From Octopus sinensis (taxonomy: Eukaryota), in contig NW_021834241.1 of NCBI RefSeq assembly GCF_006345805.1, positions 1 through 64,000 of the forward strand: 64,000 bases of DNA, in the 5' to 3' direction. Positions 36,747 to 48,958 of the stretch are shown piece by piece. Positions within the stretch are counted from its first letter, which is position 1, and the number at the start of each line of letters is the position of its first letter. Position numbers and translations under genes: made by a program. The notes below the pieces were generated by a model. The model did no database searches. It was not told where the DNA came from and worked only from the letters and a program-made list of their open reading frames with translations.

Positions 36747-36776
36747 ACCTATCCATTCTTGTTGCTTCTTTCTCGC

Positions 36777-36813
<37 letters not shown>

Positions 36814-36899
36814 TATATATATATGTATATATATATATATGTATATATATATGTATATATATATATGTGTGTGTGTGGTGTATGTATGTATATGTACAT

Positions 36900-37630
36900 A
36901 TTGGGTCATTCCATAAATAATGCAGTGTTTTTATACTTCTTTTTTTTAAAATTAAGATAAACAATGTTCTTTTTTAATCTAAAATATACTGTCCTTCATT
37001 TTCTACAATTCTTTTCTATCTATCTGGTAGACTTGCAAGGCCCCTTTCCCATAATTCACTTGTCCATGACGGAAAATACTCCTCCAGTACTATTTGTTTC
37101 TATCCAAATGATTTTGAAGACTGCAGTATAAATGATAATTGGATGGGGTAATGTCCAGCAAATATGGTGGATGGGGAATCATTCCTATTCAAACCGCTCC
37201 AGCCTTTGGAATGTCATCTTCACTCTATGTGGCTGAGCATTCTCCTGATGGAAGAACACCTTTTGTTTTGAGACCAAAGATGGTCGTTTTCCTTCTAGCT
37301 CGTCTTCTAGGCTGTAGTTTCCAGCTCAGAATTTCTGGAAGCACCATTGACACTGGCTTAGGCTTATTGTCCGATCCCCATATACTGCATTAATATTCCT
37401 CACCATTTCTGTTACATTATTGTCTTTTTGAACTCATAAAGCAAAACATGCCAAATATGCTCCTTTGTCACTTCCATTATAGCTTTGAAAAAAAGAACAG
37501 TTAAAATTGAACTGCACTCTTCAAAACTTGCACTAAGAATAAGCACAATTACTATCAGTAATTTGATGCAGGTAGTTTATCCTGTCCTCCTCCAACTTTT
37601 AGTTTATGCAATTGAAAAAAGCGTTATATA
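36900..37630 (-). mobile_element. Internally deleted mariner (DD34D) element
   Basis: N-terminus MEVTKEHIWHVLLYEF..NINAVYGDRTISLSQCQWCFQKF*AGNYSLEDE joins directly to the C-terminal region (KRPSLVS..HQENAQPH..IPHPPY); 3' terminal sequence tattgggtcattccataaataatg. Confidence 0.82.
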
Positions 37631-37718
37631 TATACGTATATATGTATGTATACATGTTTAAGCATATGCACACATACATACACTCATATATATATATATA
37701 TACACAAATATATACATA

Positions 37719-37990
37719 TCATCATCATCATCATCATCGTTTAACGTCCGTTTTCCATGCTAGCATGGCTTGGACGGTTTGACAGGGGTCTGAGAAGCCA
37801 GGAGGCTGCACCAGGCCCCAGTCTGATCTGGCAGTGTTTCTACAGCTGGTTGCCCTTCCTAACGCCAAGCACTTTGTGAGTGTAGTGAGTATTTTTTGTG
37901 TGCCACCAGCACAGGGGCCAGAGGAGGCTGCCAAACAGCGATGATTGGTTGGTGCTTTTATGTGTCACTGACACAGACGCCAGTCAGATG
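37719..37990 (-). mobile_element. 5'-truncated RTE LINE 3' end (family D)
   Basis: (cat)n cgtttaacgtccg... match. Confidence 0.85.
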
Positions 37991-38149
37991 ATATATATAT
38001 ATGTATTTCTTTTTCGCATTTAGTTTGCAAGATTCTTGATGTAAAATTGTGTTGAAACAGATTTCATTGCATCTTGTTTCTATTTCACTTCTTTCATTAT
38101 ACACACTTTACACATATGTGTGTGTGTGTATGTGTGTGAGTGTGGGTGT

Positions 38150-39066
38150 GCCAGAAACTACAGCCTAGAAGATGAGCCTCATCCTGGAAGATCCGTAGAG
38201 CTCAACAAGGACAGTTGAGGAACTAGCAGAGAAACGTGGATTTGGTCTTTAAGCCATTCAGTGACACCTGCGTGCCATCAGAAGAGTCAGCAAATTGGAT
38301 CAATGGGATTCTCACTAATTTTCTGAGTCTAATTGCATGCAGAAAGTGAATGTGTGCTCTTCTTTACAGTCACGTCATGAGAATGAGTCTTTTTTGGATC
38401 GAATAGTGACTGGAGATGAGAAATGGGTTCTCTATAAAAATGCCAAGCACCGAATACAGTGGATAGGTAAAGCACAAACACCAGAAACCCCAGGCTAAAG
38501 AAGGTCTTCACTCATGTAAGGTGTTATCTGTTTGGTGGGATATGAAAAGTTTAGTCCACTTTGAACTTTTAAATCTGAACCAAATGATAAAAAATGAGAT
38601 CAATTGTGAGCAGCTTGAGTGGCTTAAGTCAACACCAGAAGAAAAATGACCATCTTTGGTTTCAAGACGAAAGGTGTTCCTCCATCAGGATAATTCTCGG
38701 CCACATACAGTGAGGATGACATTCGAAAGGCTGGGGCAGTTTGAAAGGGAAATGATGCCCCACCCACCATATTCACCGGACAGTACCCCATCTGATTATC
38801 ATTTTATTCCGCAATCTTCAAAATCATTTGGATGGAAAAAATATGAATTTTGTAGGCGAGACCAGAACAGTACTAGAGGAGTATTTTTTGGTCATGGACA
38901 AGTGAATTTTGGAAGAGGGGCCTTGCAAGTCTACCAAATAAATGGAAAAGCTTTGCAAAAAGTGAAGAAGAGTATATTTTAGATAAAAAAAAAGACCTTT
39001 GTTTATCTTAAATTTGAAAAATAAAAGAAATATAAAAAAATCCCATTATTTATGGGAAGACTCAAT
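38150..39066 (+). mobile_element. 5'-truncated mariner DD34D transposase fossil with 3' terminus
   Basis: FLDRIVTGDEKWVLY; VFLHQDNSRPHT..PHPPYSPDSTPSDYH with 34 residues between the Ds; ends cattatttatgggaagactcaata. Confidence 0.9.
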
Positions 39067-39070
39067 ATAT

Positions 39071-39290
39071 CTCTCTTTTCTTTTTCTCTTTTACTTGTTT
39101 CAGTCATTTGACTGTGGCCATGCTGGAGCACCGCCTTTAGTCGAGCAAATCGACCCCGGGACTTACTCTTTGTAAGCCCAGTACTTATTCTATCGGTCTC
39201 TTTTTGCCCAACCGCTAAGTGACGGGGACATAAACACACCAGCATCGGTTGTCAAGCAATGCTAGGGGGACAAACACAGACACACACACA
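39071..39290 (-). mobile_element. SINE family A, 3' half
   Basis: Reverse complement of the right arm. Confidence 0.88.
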
Positions 39291-39780
39291 CATATATATA
39301 TATATGTATATATTATCATGAAGGTCACGGTCATTTTTCAAGAAACTGACAATTCCAAGAGTTGCTGTTGCCGGTGACTCAAGCCATGAGCATTGCATAT
39401 CTTTTCATTTCCTTTGTGAGATTGGATTCTGCTGTGTTCCTGTTATTGGTATGTCTAAAACAGAATGGAAAAAGTTAAAACTTGGCACAATATATCAGGT
39501 TGTCTTTTGTTCATGCCCAGCTAAACATCAACAAATACAAATATCAAAAACAGGCACATACTCAAACACACACACGGACACACATAAACACACATCCATG
39601 CACACATAAAGTCAGAAACCATTTGAACACAAGAGGAGCAAGTATGATGTAAAATGGTTAGTTTAACACTATACATACATGTGTGTATATATATACACAT
39701 GTATGTATGTATGTATGTATGTATGTATGTATGTATTTTATGTGTGTGAATGTATGAGTGTGTACATTTATATATGTATG

Positions 39781-39813
<33 letters not shown>

Positions 39814-40170
39814 AAAATCTGAATGATGTATGTGTTGTTAGTTCATGTGTCGGCTACATTTTAAGCATAAGAGAATATATTCTCAATGTGCCGGGTGTTA
39901 AAGACACCTGAAATTAAGTCATAGGCAAGTGAGACAACTCACATCAGAGACATGTATGTATATATATATACAACTATGTATGCATAGTTAGATTATATAC
40001 AGGTAAAATCCTTGTACGATTCTGTGTGAAGCTTGTGCACAGTTTTGGTCACCCGATGCCATCAGCAATAGAGATGCATATCCTACTGGATTTACTTCTA
40101 GAATTCCCTGGTGTCCATAGAATTTATATAAATAGATCAATGACTGAAAATGGAATTTGTGAGATTCATC

Positions 40171-40279
40171 ATTTAAATCCACTACAATTGTTTCAACTCA
40201 TTCTGCACTTGACTACACAGCATCTCACCTATGAGCTACAGGTGCAGAGTGAGTTGAAACAATTGCAGTGGGTTTGAAT
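40171..40279 (+). other. 109-nt hairpin (41-bp stem, 27-nt loop)
   Basis: 40 of 41 positions pair on the plus strand, including 4 G-U pairs. Confidence 0.8.
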
Positions 40280-40416
40280 TAAAAACATTTCATGAATTAC
40301 ATGTTCTGCCTTTGATGTATGAATGTAATAATATAAATAATATATATGTATGTGTATATATATATATATATATACACACACATACAAAACTAATTTTGAT
40401 ATATATATATATTATA

Positions 40417-40813
40417 TCTTTATATATAAAAGAGAAGTTGTGTGTCTGTCTCCTACGATTTAGATTCCTAACTACTCCCACATTTTGTGGTGCAGTTTAA
40501 CCAAAACCGGGTACCTTATAGTCGTGATTCATATCGAGCCCTTATGGGTATTAGTGCATGTCTACGATGTTTTACGATTTAAAAAAAAATTTACCATCAT
40601 TTTTTTCCATTTTAATGCATTTTTTTCGCTATTATATAAGGGAAGTAACTCTCTAAAAATGTCTACGATGAGTCAACGATTTAAAAAAAAATTACCATAA
40701 TTTTTTTTCCATTTTTAATGCATTTTTTTGCTATTTTTTGGCTATAACTCTCTAAAAATGCTTATATAGTTATTTCTCTTACAAACCCGAGCAACGCCAG
40801 GCGATACTGCTAG
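40417..40813 (+). mobile_element. Non-autonomous Helitron
   Basis: 5' TC(tttatatataaaag); 3' hairpin cccgagcaacgccagg followed by CTAG; inserted between A and T; internal ~100-bp tandem duplication. Confidence 0.85.
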
Positions 40814-40929
40814 TATATTATATTTATATTTGTATATATATATATTATATTATATATATTACATTTTGTGAAATTTGATTTAGTATTTTTAAATTGAATT
40901 TTTCCCTGTAAGTTTGGAATAATATTCCC

Positions 40930-41030
40930 TCATATTATTATTATTATTATTATTATAATTATAATTATAATTATTATTATTATTATTACTATTACTATTA
41001 TTACTATTATTACTATTATTATTATTATTA

Positions 41031-41080
<50 letters not shown>
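40930..41080. repeat. (ATT)n microsatellite
   Basis: Directly visible. Confidence 0.95.
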
Positions 41081-41083
<3 letters not shown>

Positions 41084-41105
41084 CATATATATATATGCAT
41101 ATATT

Positions 41106-41669
41106 GGTACAGGATGTCACCAACTGTAACAACATGAAGTATGAAAGCAAACGAATTAAATACACACACAAGAGAGAAGATGGAAAACAGGAGAAGTAAC
41201 ACAAAGAACGACCCTTCATCAGTTGTCGGCTGTTTATCTACTCCTCATTTTGAGCATTCAATATGAGTCTTTGAAGACAGTTGCTCCCATAACTTCCAAA
41301 ATACAATTTTGGATTTATGAAGGGTCAAAGTTTGGAACAAAAACAGGACATTGGAGACTTACAAGGAAACCGAAAGCAAACAAACATGGAGGGTTTTCCT
41401 TGTATGTCTCCACTGTCCCATTTTTGTTCCCAACTTTGACCCTGCATAAATCCAAAATTTTATTTTGGAAGTTATGGGAGCAACTGTCTTCGAAGACTCA
41501 TATTGTTGTTGAAGGCTCGAAATGAGGAGTAGATAGACAGCTGACAACTGATGAAGGGTCTTTCTTTGTGTTACTTGTCCCGTTTTCCATTTTTTTCTCT
41601 TGTTCAATGCATATTGAACTCATTTATTTTTGTACTTCATGTTGTTTACATTTGGTGACGTCCTGTACC
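41106..41669. repeat. Diverged fold-back palindrome (~270-bp arms, ~20-bp spacer)
   Basis: 41106-41371 is an imperfect reverse complement of 41392-41669. Confidence 0.85.
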
Positions 41670-41670
41670 C

Positions 41671-42456
41671 ATTATGGCTGCCCCCTCATTATCGAGTATG
41701 GCCATTGCACGAAGCTCAACTGTTACTGGTGCTGTGATCAAATGTGACTTTTGAGCATAGCTAAAGATCTACAATGTCTTGTACAAAATTGGCAACTAAA
41801 ACCTTTACTGGTAATAGCCGGCTGTAGTTGTAACTGGGCTTCATGTACCTTTGCATGTCGTTTAAGTCCTCCTGCCGAATTACACTCTCTTCCACATGCC
41901 TGACAGATATGATTAGTATGGTGTGTTACACCACCACCAGTGGCCAGGTTGTCACTCATCAGTCTCGTTTTATGACTATGAAGATGACTCTTGAGTCCAG
42001 CTTTACTGAGGCAAGGTCTTGCACAGACATTGCATGTCAGCATCAAAGGAAGACCCTTCTCTTCTGGAAGTGTAACAGCGATGCCCTTCCTGACATCCCT
42101 CCTTACTTTCTCATGTGCAACTCGAGATTTCTCAAAAGTGGCTGTCCCCTCATGCACAATCCTTCTCCACCTGCTACGATCAATAGCTATGCCTTCCCAT
42201 GTGTCAGGAGAGATGCAAGCATCTCTTAAGGAAGCCTTCAGCAAGTCCTTATACCTCTTTTTTGGTTTATGTGGAGGTCGTTCTCCTTTAGCTATCTCTC
42301 CATAAAAGAGTTGTTTTGGCATCCTTGAATCCTTCATTCTGACCAGATGACCACTCGATCTGAGCCTTTGCTTTAACACAAGAGCTTCTATACTTTCACA
42401 CCGAGAGCCTTCCAATATTTCAAGATCACTGATGCGGTCCTTCCACTTAATGCCAT
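41671..42456 (-). mobile_element. 5'-truncated RTE-clade LINE 3' end; open frame encodes the RT C-terminus plus three C2H2-type zinc fingers
   Basis: ORF 41738-42415: QRLRSSGHLVRM..RMPKQLFYGE..RYKD.LK; CNVC..HLHSH, CQAC..HAKVH, CQFC..HI; 3' end gcaatggccatactcgataatgagggggcagccat. Confidence 0.92.
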
Positions 42457-42559
42457 ATATGCATATATATATATGTTATTTATATTATTACTTAATAAAA
42501 TGCCATGCAACCATTTCCAAGTAAGTTTATGTATGTATCCATCCATCCATCAGTCTATC

Positions 42560-42647
<88 letters not shown>

Positions 42648-42657
42648 ATGTATGTGT

Positions 42658-42981
42658 GTTGGCTTGTAAAAAGCACCATCTGAATGTGGCCGATGCCAGC
42701 ACTGCCTTGAATGGCTTCCATGCTAGTGGCATGTAAAAAGCACCAACCAATCGTGGCCATTGCCAGCCTCCTCTGGCCCCTGTGCCAGTGGCACGTAAAA
42801 AGCACCCACTACACTCACGGAGTGGTTGGTGTCAGGAAGGGCATCCAGCTGTAGAAACACTGCCAGATCAAACTAGAGCCTGGTACAGCCTCTTGGCCTC
42901 CCAGACCCCGGTCGAACCGTCCAACCCATGCTAGCATGGAAAACGGATGATAAACGATGACGATGAGGATGATGATGATGA
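42658..42981 (+). mobile_element. 5'-truncated RTE LINE 3' end (family D)
   Basis: Match to 18086-18300 with a (gat)n tail. Confidence 0.85.
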
Positions 42982-43874
42982 TATGTATATGTATATATAT
43001 ATATATAACTGTCTAAGAATCCATGTCAGAAAAATCAGTTATCATCTCTGAAGAATGCAGGTTTACATAATCGGGCTGTTATCTTACTCTCTGTTGAACC
43101 CTCTAGTGCAATACCAATTGGTAAGATAAGGCATAACGAATGTATAATACAGAATATTTTGATTAATATGAATATACATATATATCTTTGTGTGTGTATT
43201 CATGACTTCACTTATATCTCCACTTAAATAAAAGAAGTTATAAAGAAGCTATTGTTTAGGCTGTACCCCTTGATATCTCATAACATAGCAGTTTGGCAAA
43301 TAGATAATGATAAAATGAATACCAAACTGAAACAACAACTAGGATCAATATCATTTTGTAAACCCTTGGAGGTGGTGCTCCAGTATGGTCATAGACCAAT
43401 GAGTAAAACCAAGGCATAAAAGGTAAAAATCATTATATACGCTACAAAAGAAAAAAAAACATAGAAACCCTCCTTAATTAGTTCTCTATAGATATTTTCA
43501 AACACCACCTATTAGCCTGTTTTTTATTGATTACTAATTGGAAAATAAGGCCATCAATATCTCTATTTTCCCAATATTTTGAGTGACATTTAATCAGTTT
43601 TTGAAAATTGCATTTTTTTCTTTTAATTGCGTTTTTTTTCATCAACTTATACTCTTGTTCCTTTCATCATTTTTTTTTTTATGTGCTGTTTTTACTATCT
43701 TTATCTTTATAGATCGTTATCTATGTTGTGTTGTATTTATTGTTATATATCTAATTATTGCTATACGTCTATATTCTTTATTCACTGACATCCTCCAACC
43801 TCTGACACGCAGATGTGCTGTTCCCTACTTTTCCTCAGTTTTCCATTTTCATAATGCTTAAACATTAGACTCTG

Positions 43875-43876
43875 TT

Positions 43877-43920
<44 letters not shown>

Positions 43921-43921
43921 A

Positions 43922-43954
<33 letters not shown>

Positions 43955-43962
43955 TACTACTA

Positions 43963-44030
<68 letters not shown>

Positions 44031-44071
44031 ATGCTGCTGTAGTACTACTACTAATACTACTACTTCTGCTA

Positions 44072-44138
<67 letters not shown>

Positions 44139-44145
44139 CACTACT
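43875..44145. repeat. (CTG)n/(CTA)n compound repeat
   Basis: Directly visible. Confidence 0.95.
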
Positions 44146-45293
44146 AAGGTCTTCTTAATATTCACTTATTTTTTTCTTTGTATATTCTTCATATAGTGTC
44201 ATATATTCTATGTCTGCATTACCAGCATTCCCAGCCCTTTTTCCTGCAGAAACCTCTGCAATTTCCTCCCTACATGTGGTTTTCTTAGTCAGTCTTGAAG
44301 CTGTTCATGTGGAACGTCAGCCATGTCAATTTCAAGACTTTCGAATGAACAGTACCCAAGCTATTAAAAATAAAGATGATTACTAGAAGCACAATCACGG
44401 CTCATGTCTTTAGTTCTGCGTATCTACTGATTATACACCATTATTCGCACAGGTAAATAAACACACAGACACGGTACACACACACATACACAACAAAACA
44501 ATCCCCCACCCCCCACCCCACCCCCACACACAGAGCAAAACAACCACCACCACCGAGCATAGTCCTATGAACCCGGAAAAATTTAAAACAGGGAGTTACT
44601 TACTTGCACATAAATGTGTTAACATGTGACATTATTGGCCGAGGTTACCGTGGTCTTTTCCGTAAGCTTTTCTTTCCACGGATAAAACTTATCTGCTTCC
44701 CCCTTTACACTTTGCATCATGACATTTCTGTGATACCTGATCCATATTGATCGTTTTTTTTCTCTATTTTTACGATCCCTTTTGATCGAAAACCTACCCT
44801 CGCTTTTTATTTTTTATTTTTATTTTTATTTTATTTTTTTCCTCCCCCAAAAAGAAAAGCTCTACTTTGTAATTTGCTCCCTCTGTGTTCAGCCCTGTGT
44901 GGCTAATAAAGAAACATATTATCATCATCTTCATTGTTTAACATCCACATATTCCTAATAGTTTGGATCTGAAGGAATTTGTTGAAGCAAATTTTTCTAC
45001 AGCTAGATGCTCTCCCTGTTGCCAACCCTCATTTGTTCCCAGGCAAATTAATATTTTCCCATAACTGGAGGTTTTTCACAGAAGATAAGAAATGAACAAC
45101 ACTGCTTGTGTGACAGTGATGCTCACTTACAACAATCACATAACATTAAAACAATGGCATGCATAAACACACACATGCATACACATACATGCATAAAAGC
45201 ATACACAGATACCTATATGTGTATGTGTACACACACCACACACACACACATATATATATACATATATGTAAATACATGTATTTACATATATGT

Positions 45294-45372
<79 letters not shown>

Positions 45373-45488
45373 TTATATGTTTATAAAGTTAATCCAAACA
45401 TGAAAACACAAAGAGAAAACACAACAAAGTGAGGACGTGGAACAAATATAGTATTATTGGACGCTCAGGAAGGAAGGAAAGAAGGAGG

Positions 45489-45523
45489 GTTTAACGTTTC
45501 GAGTGGAGCTCTTCGTCAGAAAC
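45489..45523 (-). ncRNA. Minimal type-I hammerhead motif within a ~200-bp PLE-like repeat (about 45385-45612)
   Basis: Minus strand GUUU CUGACGA A GAG-CUCCA-CUC GAA ACGU U AAAC. Confidence 0.72.
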
Positions 45524-45886
45524 ATAGGAGAAGGAAAGATCCAGAGAAGGGAAGACAGAAGAAAAGAAATTGCCAACGGTACACACACGGTCACATTTTG
45601 AATGACCGGAAGTATATATAAGTATATATATGTATACATTTATATGTATACATATATGTGTGTATATATATGTATATGTATATAAATAAATACATATTCA
45701 CACACACACACTCACACACATACACATACACACACACACCTGCACACAGTGGACCGTCTGTGGCAAGTGTTTTCAACTATAGCCAGTGTCAATCAATGCT
45801 TTGTGACTGAATTTGGAAGATGGAAGCTGCATGAAAGTCTGTTGTGTGTGTGTGTGTGTGGTGTGTGTGTGTGTGTGTGTGTGTGC

Positions 45887-45923
<37 letters not shown>

Positions 45924-46488
45924 TATTTGTGTTTGTGTTTGGCTCACCACCACCACCACCACCACCTGACAAATGGTGTTGGTTTGTTTAGAATTTCAGT
46001 AAAAGAAATATGTAAAACTAATAGCAGATAGAAAATAGGTTCCGGAGTTGATTTGTTGAAACAAAACCTTTCAAGACAGTGCTCTCGCATGGCCACAATT
46101 CAAGGACTGAAACAAACAAAACATAAAAGAAACGAAATACATAACAGTGATTATTATTTAACAGTCGTACATATTACTGTGCATTGTAAATTTAAATTTT
46201 ATCTTTAATCTTTTGCTCACTTCACTTATTAGACTGTGGCCAAACTGGGGCACTGCCTTGAAGGAATTAGTGAAACAAATTTATTTCAGTACTTATTTTT
46301 TAAGTTTGGTACTAATTTTATGCGATTCTTTTGCCAAACTGCCAAGTTACATGGATGTAAACAAACCAACATTGCTTAGGAAATGGCGAGCACTTGTGTA
46401 CACACAAATGATGGGCTTCCACACAGTTTCCATCTACGAAATTTTCTCAAAAGATATGCTATGTGTGTATGTATGTATGTATGTATGT

Positions 46489-47040
46489 CAGGTCACTTTC
46501 GAGTGCTACTGGTATCATGTAAGCCAGTACAACCTGTTGCATGGTCGGGTTGTCGGCGACTAAACCAGCAACCCCACCAAGCTTGCTTGGTGAGGAGGGT
46601 GTTTATTGGACACCCTGCGGGATGAAAAACAAAGCCCGTCAAAGGGCGGAGGAACTCCTGAGAGTCAACGGCCATCCAATAAATATCTTAAGGCTGTATC
46701 ATGCGCGGGGACATAGAAATAATTGGACTGAATACCCGATCGCGTGGTTAAACCATTGGGAGTGAAAGACTCCAAGCCTTTGTTAGGGCATCCTTCTAGG
46801 AGAAGGTAACTCAGGTAACTAGGATAACTCTGACATAAAACCTACGGCTCAGTGGTTACCGATGATGTTGACTTGTTCTTCTTTTCGGATTATGGCTACT
46901 GTTGCTTAGTGAGTGGGATTGACTCAGTGCACAACCTTTCCTCACTTTAAAAAAAATCTTCTTGCATAGGCATTGCATGATAACAACACTGATTAAGCTT
47001 CGTGCAATGGCCATACTTGATAATGAGGGGGCAGCCACCA
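46489..47040 (+). mobile_element. Non-autonomous, internally deleted RTE derivative (5' UTR and endonuclease start fused to the LINE 3' end)
   Basis: RTE-like 5' UTR (gggcatccttctaggagaaggtaactc...aaacct); LLA*ALHDNNTD remnant; then the ~40-bp 3' end shared with the LINE at 41671. Confidence 0.78.
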
Positions 47041-47058
47041 TGTATGTATGTATGTATG

Positions 47059-47355
47059 TGAGTTAAACCATTGGGAGTGAAGGACTCCTAGCCTTTGTTA
47101 GGGCATCCTTCTAGGAGAAGGTAACTCAGGTAACTGGGATAACTCTGACATAAAACCTGCGGCTCAGTGGTTACCGATGATGTTGACTTGTTCTTCTTTT
47201 CGGATTATGGCTACTGTTGCTTAGTGAGTGGGATTGACTCAGTGCACAGCCTTTCCTCACTTTAAAAAAAATCTTCTTGCACAGGCATTGCACGATAACA
47301 ACATTGATTAAGCTTCGTGCAATGGCCATACTTGATAACGAGGGGGCAGCCACCA
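47059..47355 (+). mobile_element. Tandem 5'-truncated second copy of the RTE derivative
   Basis: High identity to 46744-47040, separated from it by (tgta)n. Confidence 0.85.
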
Positions 47356-47375
47356 TGAATGTATGTATGTGAGTG

Positions 47376-47410
<35 letters not shown>

Positions 47411-48958
47411 GCATTTATGTATGTATGTATGTATGTATGCATTTATGTATGTATGTATGCGTTTATGTAGGTATGTATAAACTTTTAATATACAACATAT
47501 TTTCCTCGGTGTTTCAATACACTAATACAATATATAAGAATGCTATTCATTATTTCTATTACATCAGTTATGTATATTTCTCATTATGCCAAAAATCTAT
47601 TCAAACTATATAACATTATCTATTTTGTTTATCATAATTTTCTCCGCTGAAATTTGCAATCAGTAATTGATCATATATCACTTCCAAAATTAACTGACAT
47701 TTTAAGGTCAACAGTGATGTCTTTAAAGATATAATAAAAGCAGTGCAGTTATATATTTTGTTCAATATAGCTCTTGTTTAACAGACTTTTAATGTTTCCA
47801 TTCAATATAACCTTTTCATTTTAATCACCAAATCTCTGTCAATAAAACTGGTCAATATTTTCTCTCTTCCCCCCACCATCTTTCTTTCACCTTCTCTCTC
47901 TCACCCTCTCTCTCTCTCTCTTACTCTCTCTCTCTCTTATTCTCTCTCTCTCTTACTCTCTCTCATTCTCTGTCTTCTCTTTTATACTTTGTCGTCATTG
48001 AAGTAAAACAGTTTTCTCTATTAGATATTATAGATTATGGACTGTAAACATTTATTTGACTTTATTAAGCTAATGCTGTTATTTTCAAATGGGAGAATCA
48101 AGAAGTTACCTTCTAAATATTTCCTTTACATCCTGTTCACAGATAATGGTTAACTATTGTTTATTTAGAAACATTTTCATAACTTTTAAGTAATTTTCTT
48201 TCAGTTATCTATAGGTCTTTCTTCACTACTTCCTTTCCATTCATTCTATACAGACAATCTTCTATATACTTTCTATATGATTTATAACATATGAACTCTA
48301 TACATTTTCTTTTATCTCATTCAGAATATCTACTATTTGTCTTCTGTCTAATGACAGCTATTTATTTGAATCAACAGAGTAGACATTTGGAAAATATTTG
48401 CTATTGGTGCTTGAGTTTTGTTCTGAGATAGACAGACATAGAATATGGATATTGAAGTATTACTGTAATAAAGAAAAATATTTCAGTTCACCTGTGTGTA
48501 GAATAAATATATATATTTGTGAGCGATAATTTGTGGCAGATAATTTCAGTTGTAAGTATAGAATTATGAAAATACAAATGACTAAGTTGTTGATAAGAAC
48601 AATGGTTTAACACAAATTTTAGTATAAGTCAATGAACGTGACGCAACTTGTAAAATAAGATGTGTTAGAGATTGCATTATAATTTCACAAATTTTAGTAA
48701 TTCTTTTCTTGAAGGCTAGTTCTTTTTTGCAAAGCTTGAACAAGCAGGCATAGCTGTGTGGTTAAGAAGCATGATTTTGTAACCATGTGGGTTAAAGTTC
48801 AGTTTAACTGTGTGGTTTCTTGGGCAAGTGTTTTCTAATTTAGCTCTGGGTCAACCACTGCCTTACGAGTGAATTTGTAGACAGAAATGACCATGTGGAA
48901 AACCATCATATACATGTGTGTGTGTATATGTATATATGTATATATGTATATATGTATG

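Larger units (their letters stand above)
35957..36776. repeat. Near-perfect 820-bp palindrome (387-bp arms, 46-bp spacer)
   Basis: 35957-36343 is the reverse complement of 36390-36776; the only difference seen is aaaaataatg versus aaaatacatg. Confidence 0.95.

Noticed and set aside
39339-39447. Open segment KLTIPRVAVAGDSSHEH... before a strong donor (G|gtatgt)
   Set aside because: Weak acceptor and no recognisable homology beyond a chance GDS.
41500-41560. Type-II hammerhead reading (gctcgaaa...ctgatgaaggg)
   Set aside because: A stem II can be drawn but stems I and III do not form.
46489-46600. HDV-like ribozyme at the RTE-derivative 5' end (known for some RTEs)
   Set aside because: Hairpins are present, but I could not fit the nested double pseudoknot by eye; a descriptor search is needed.
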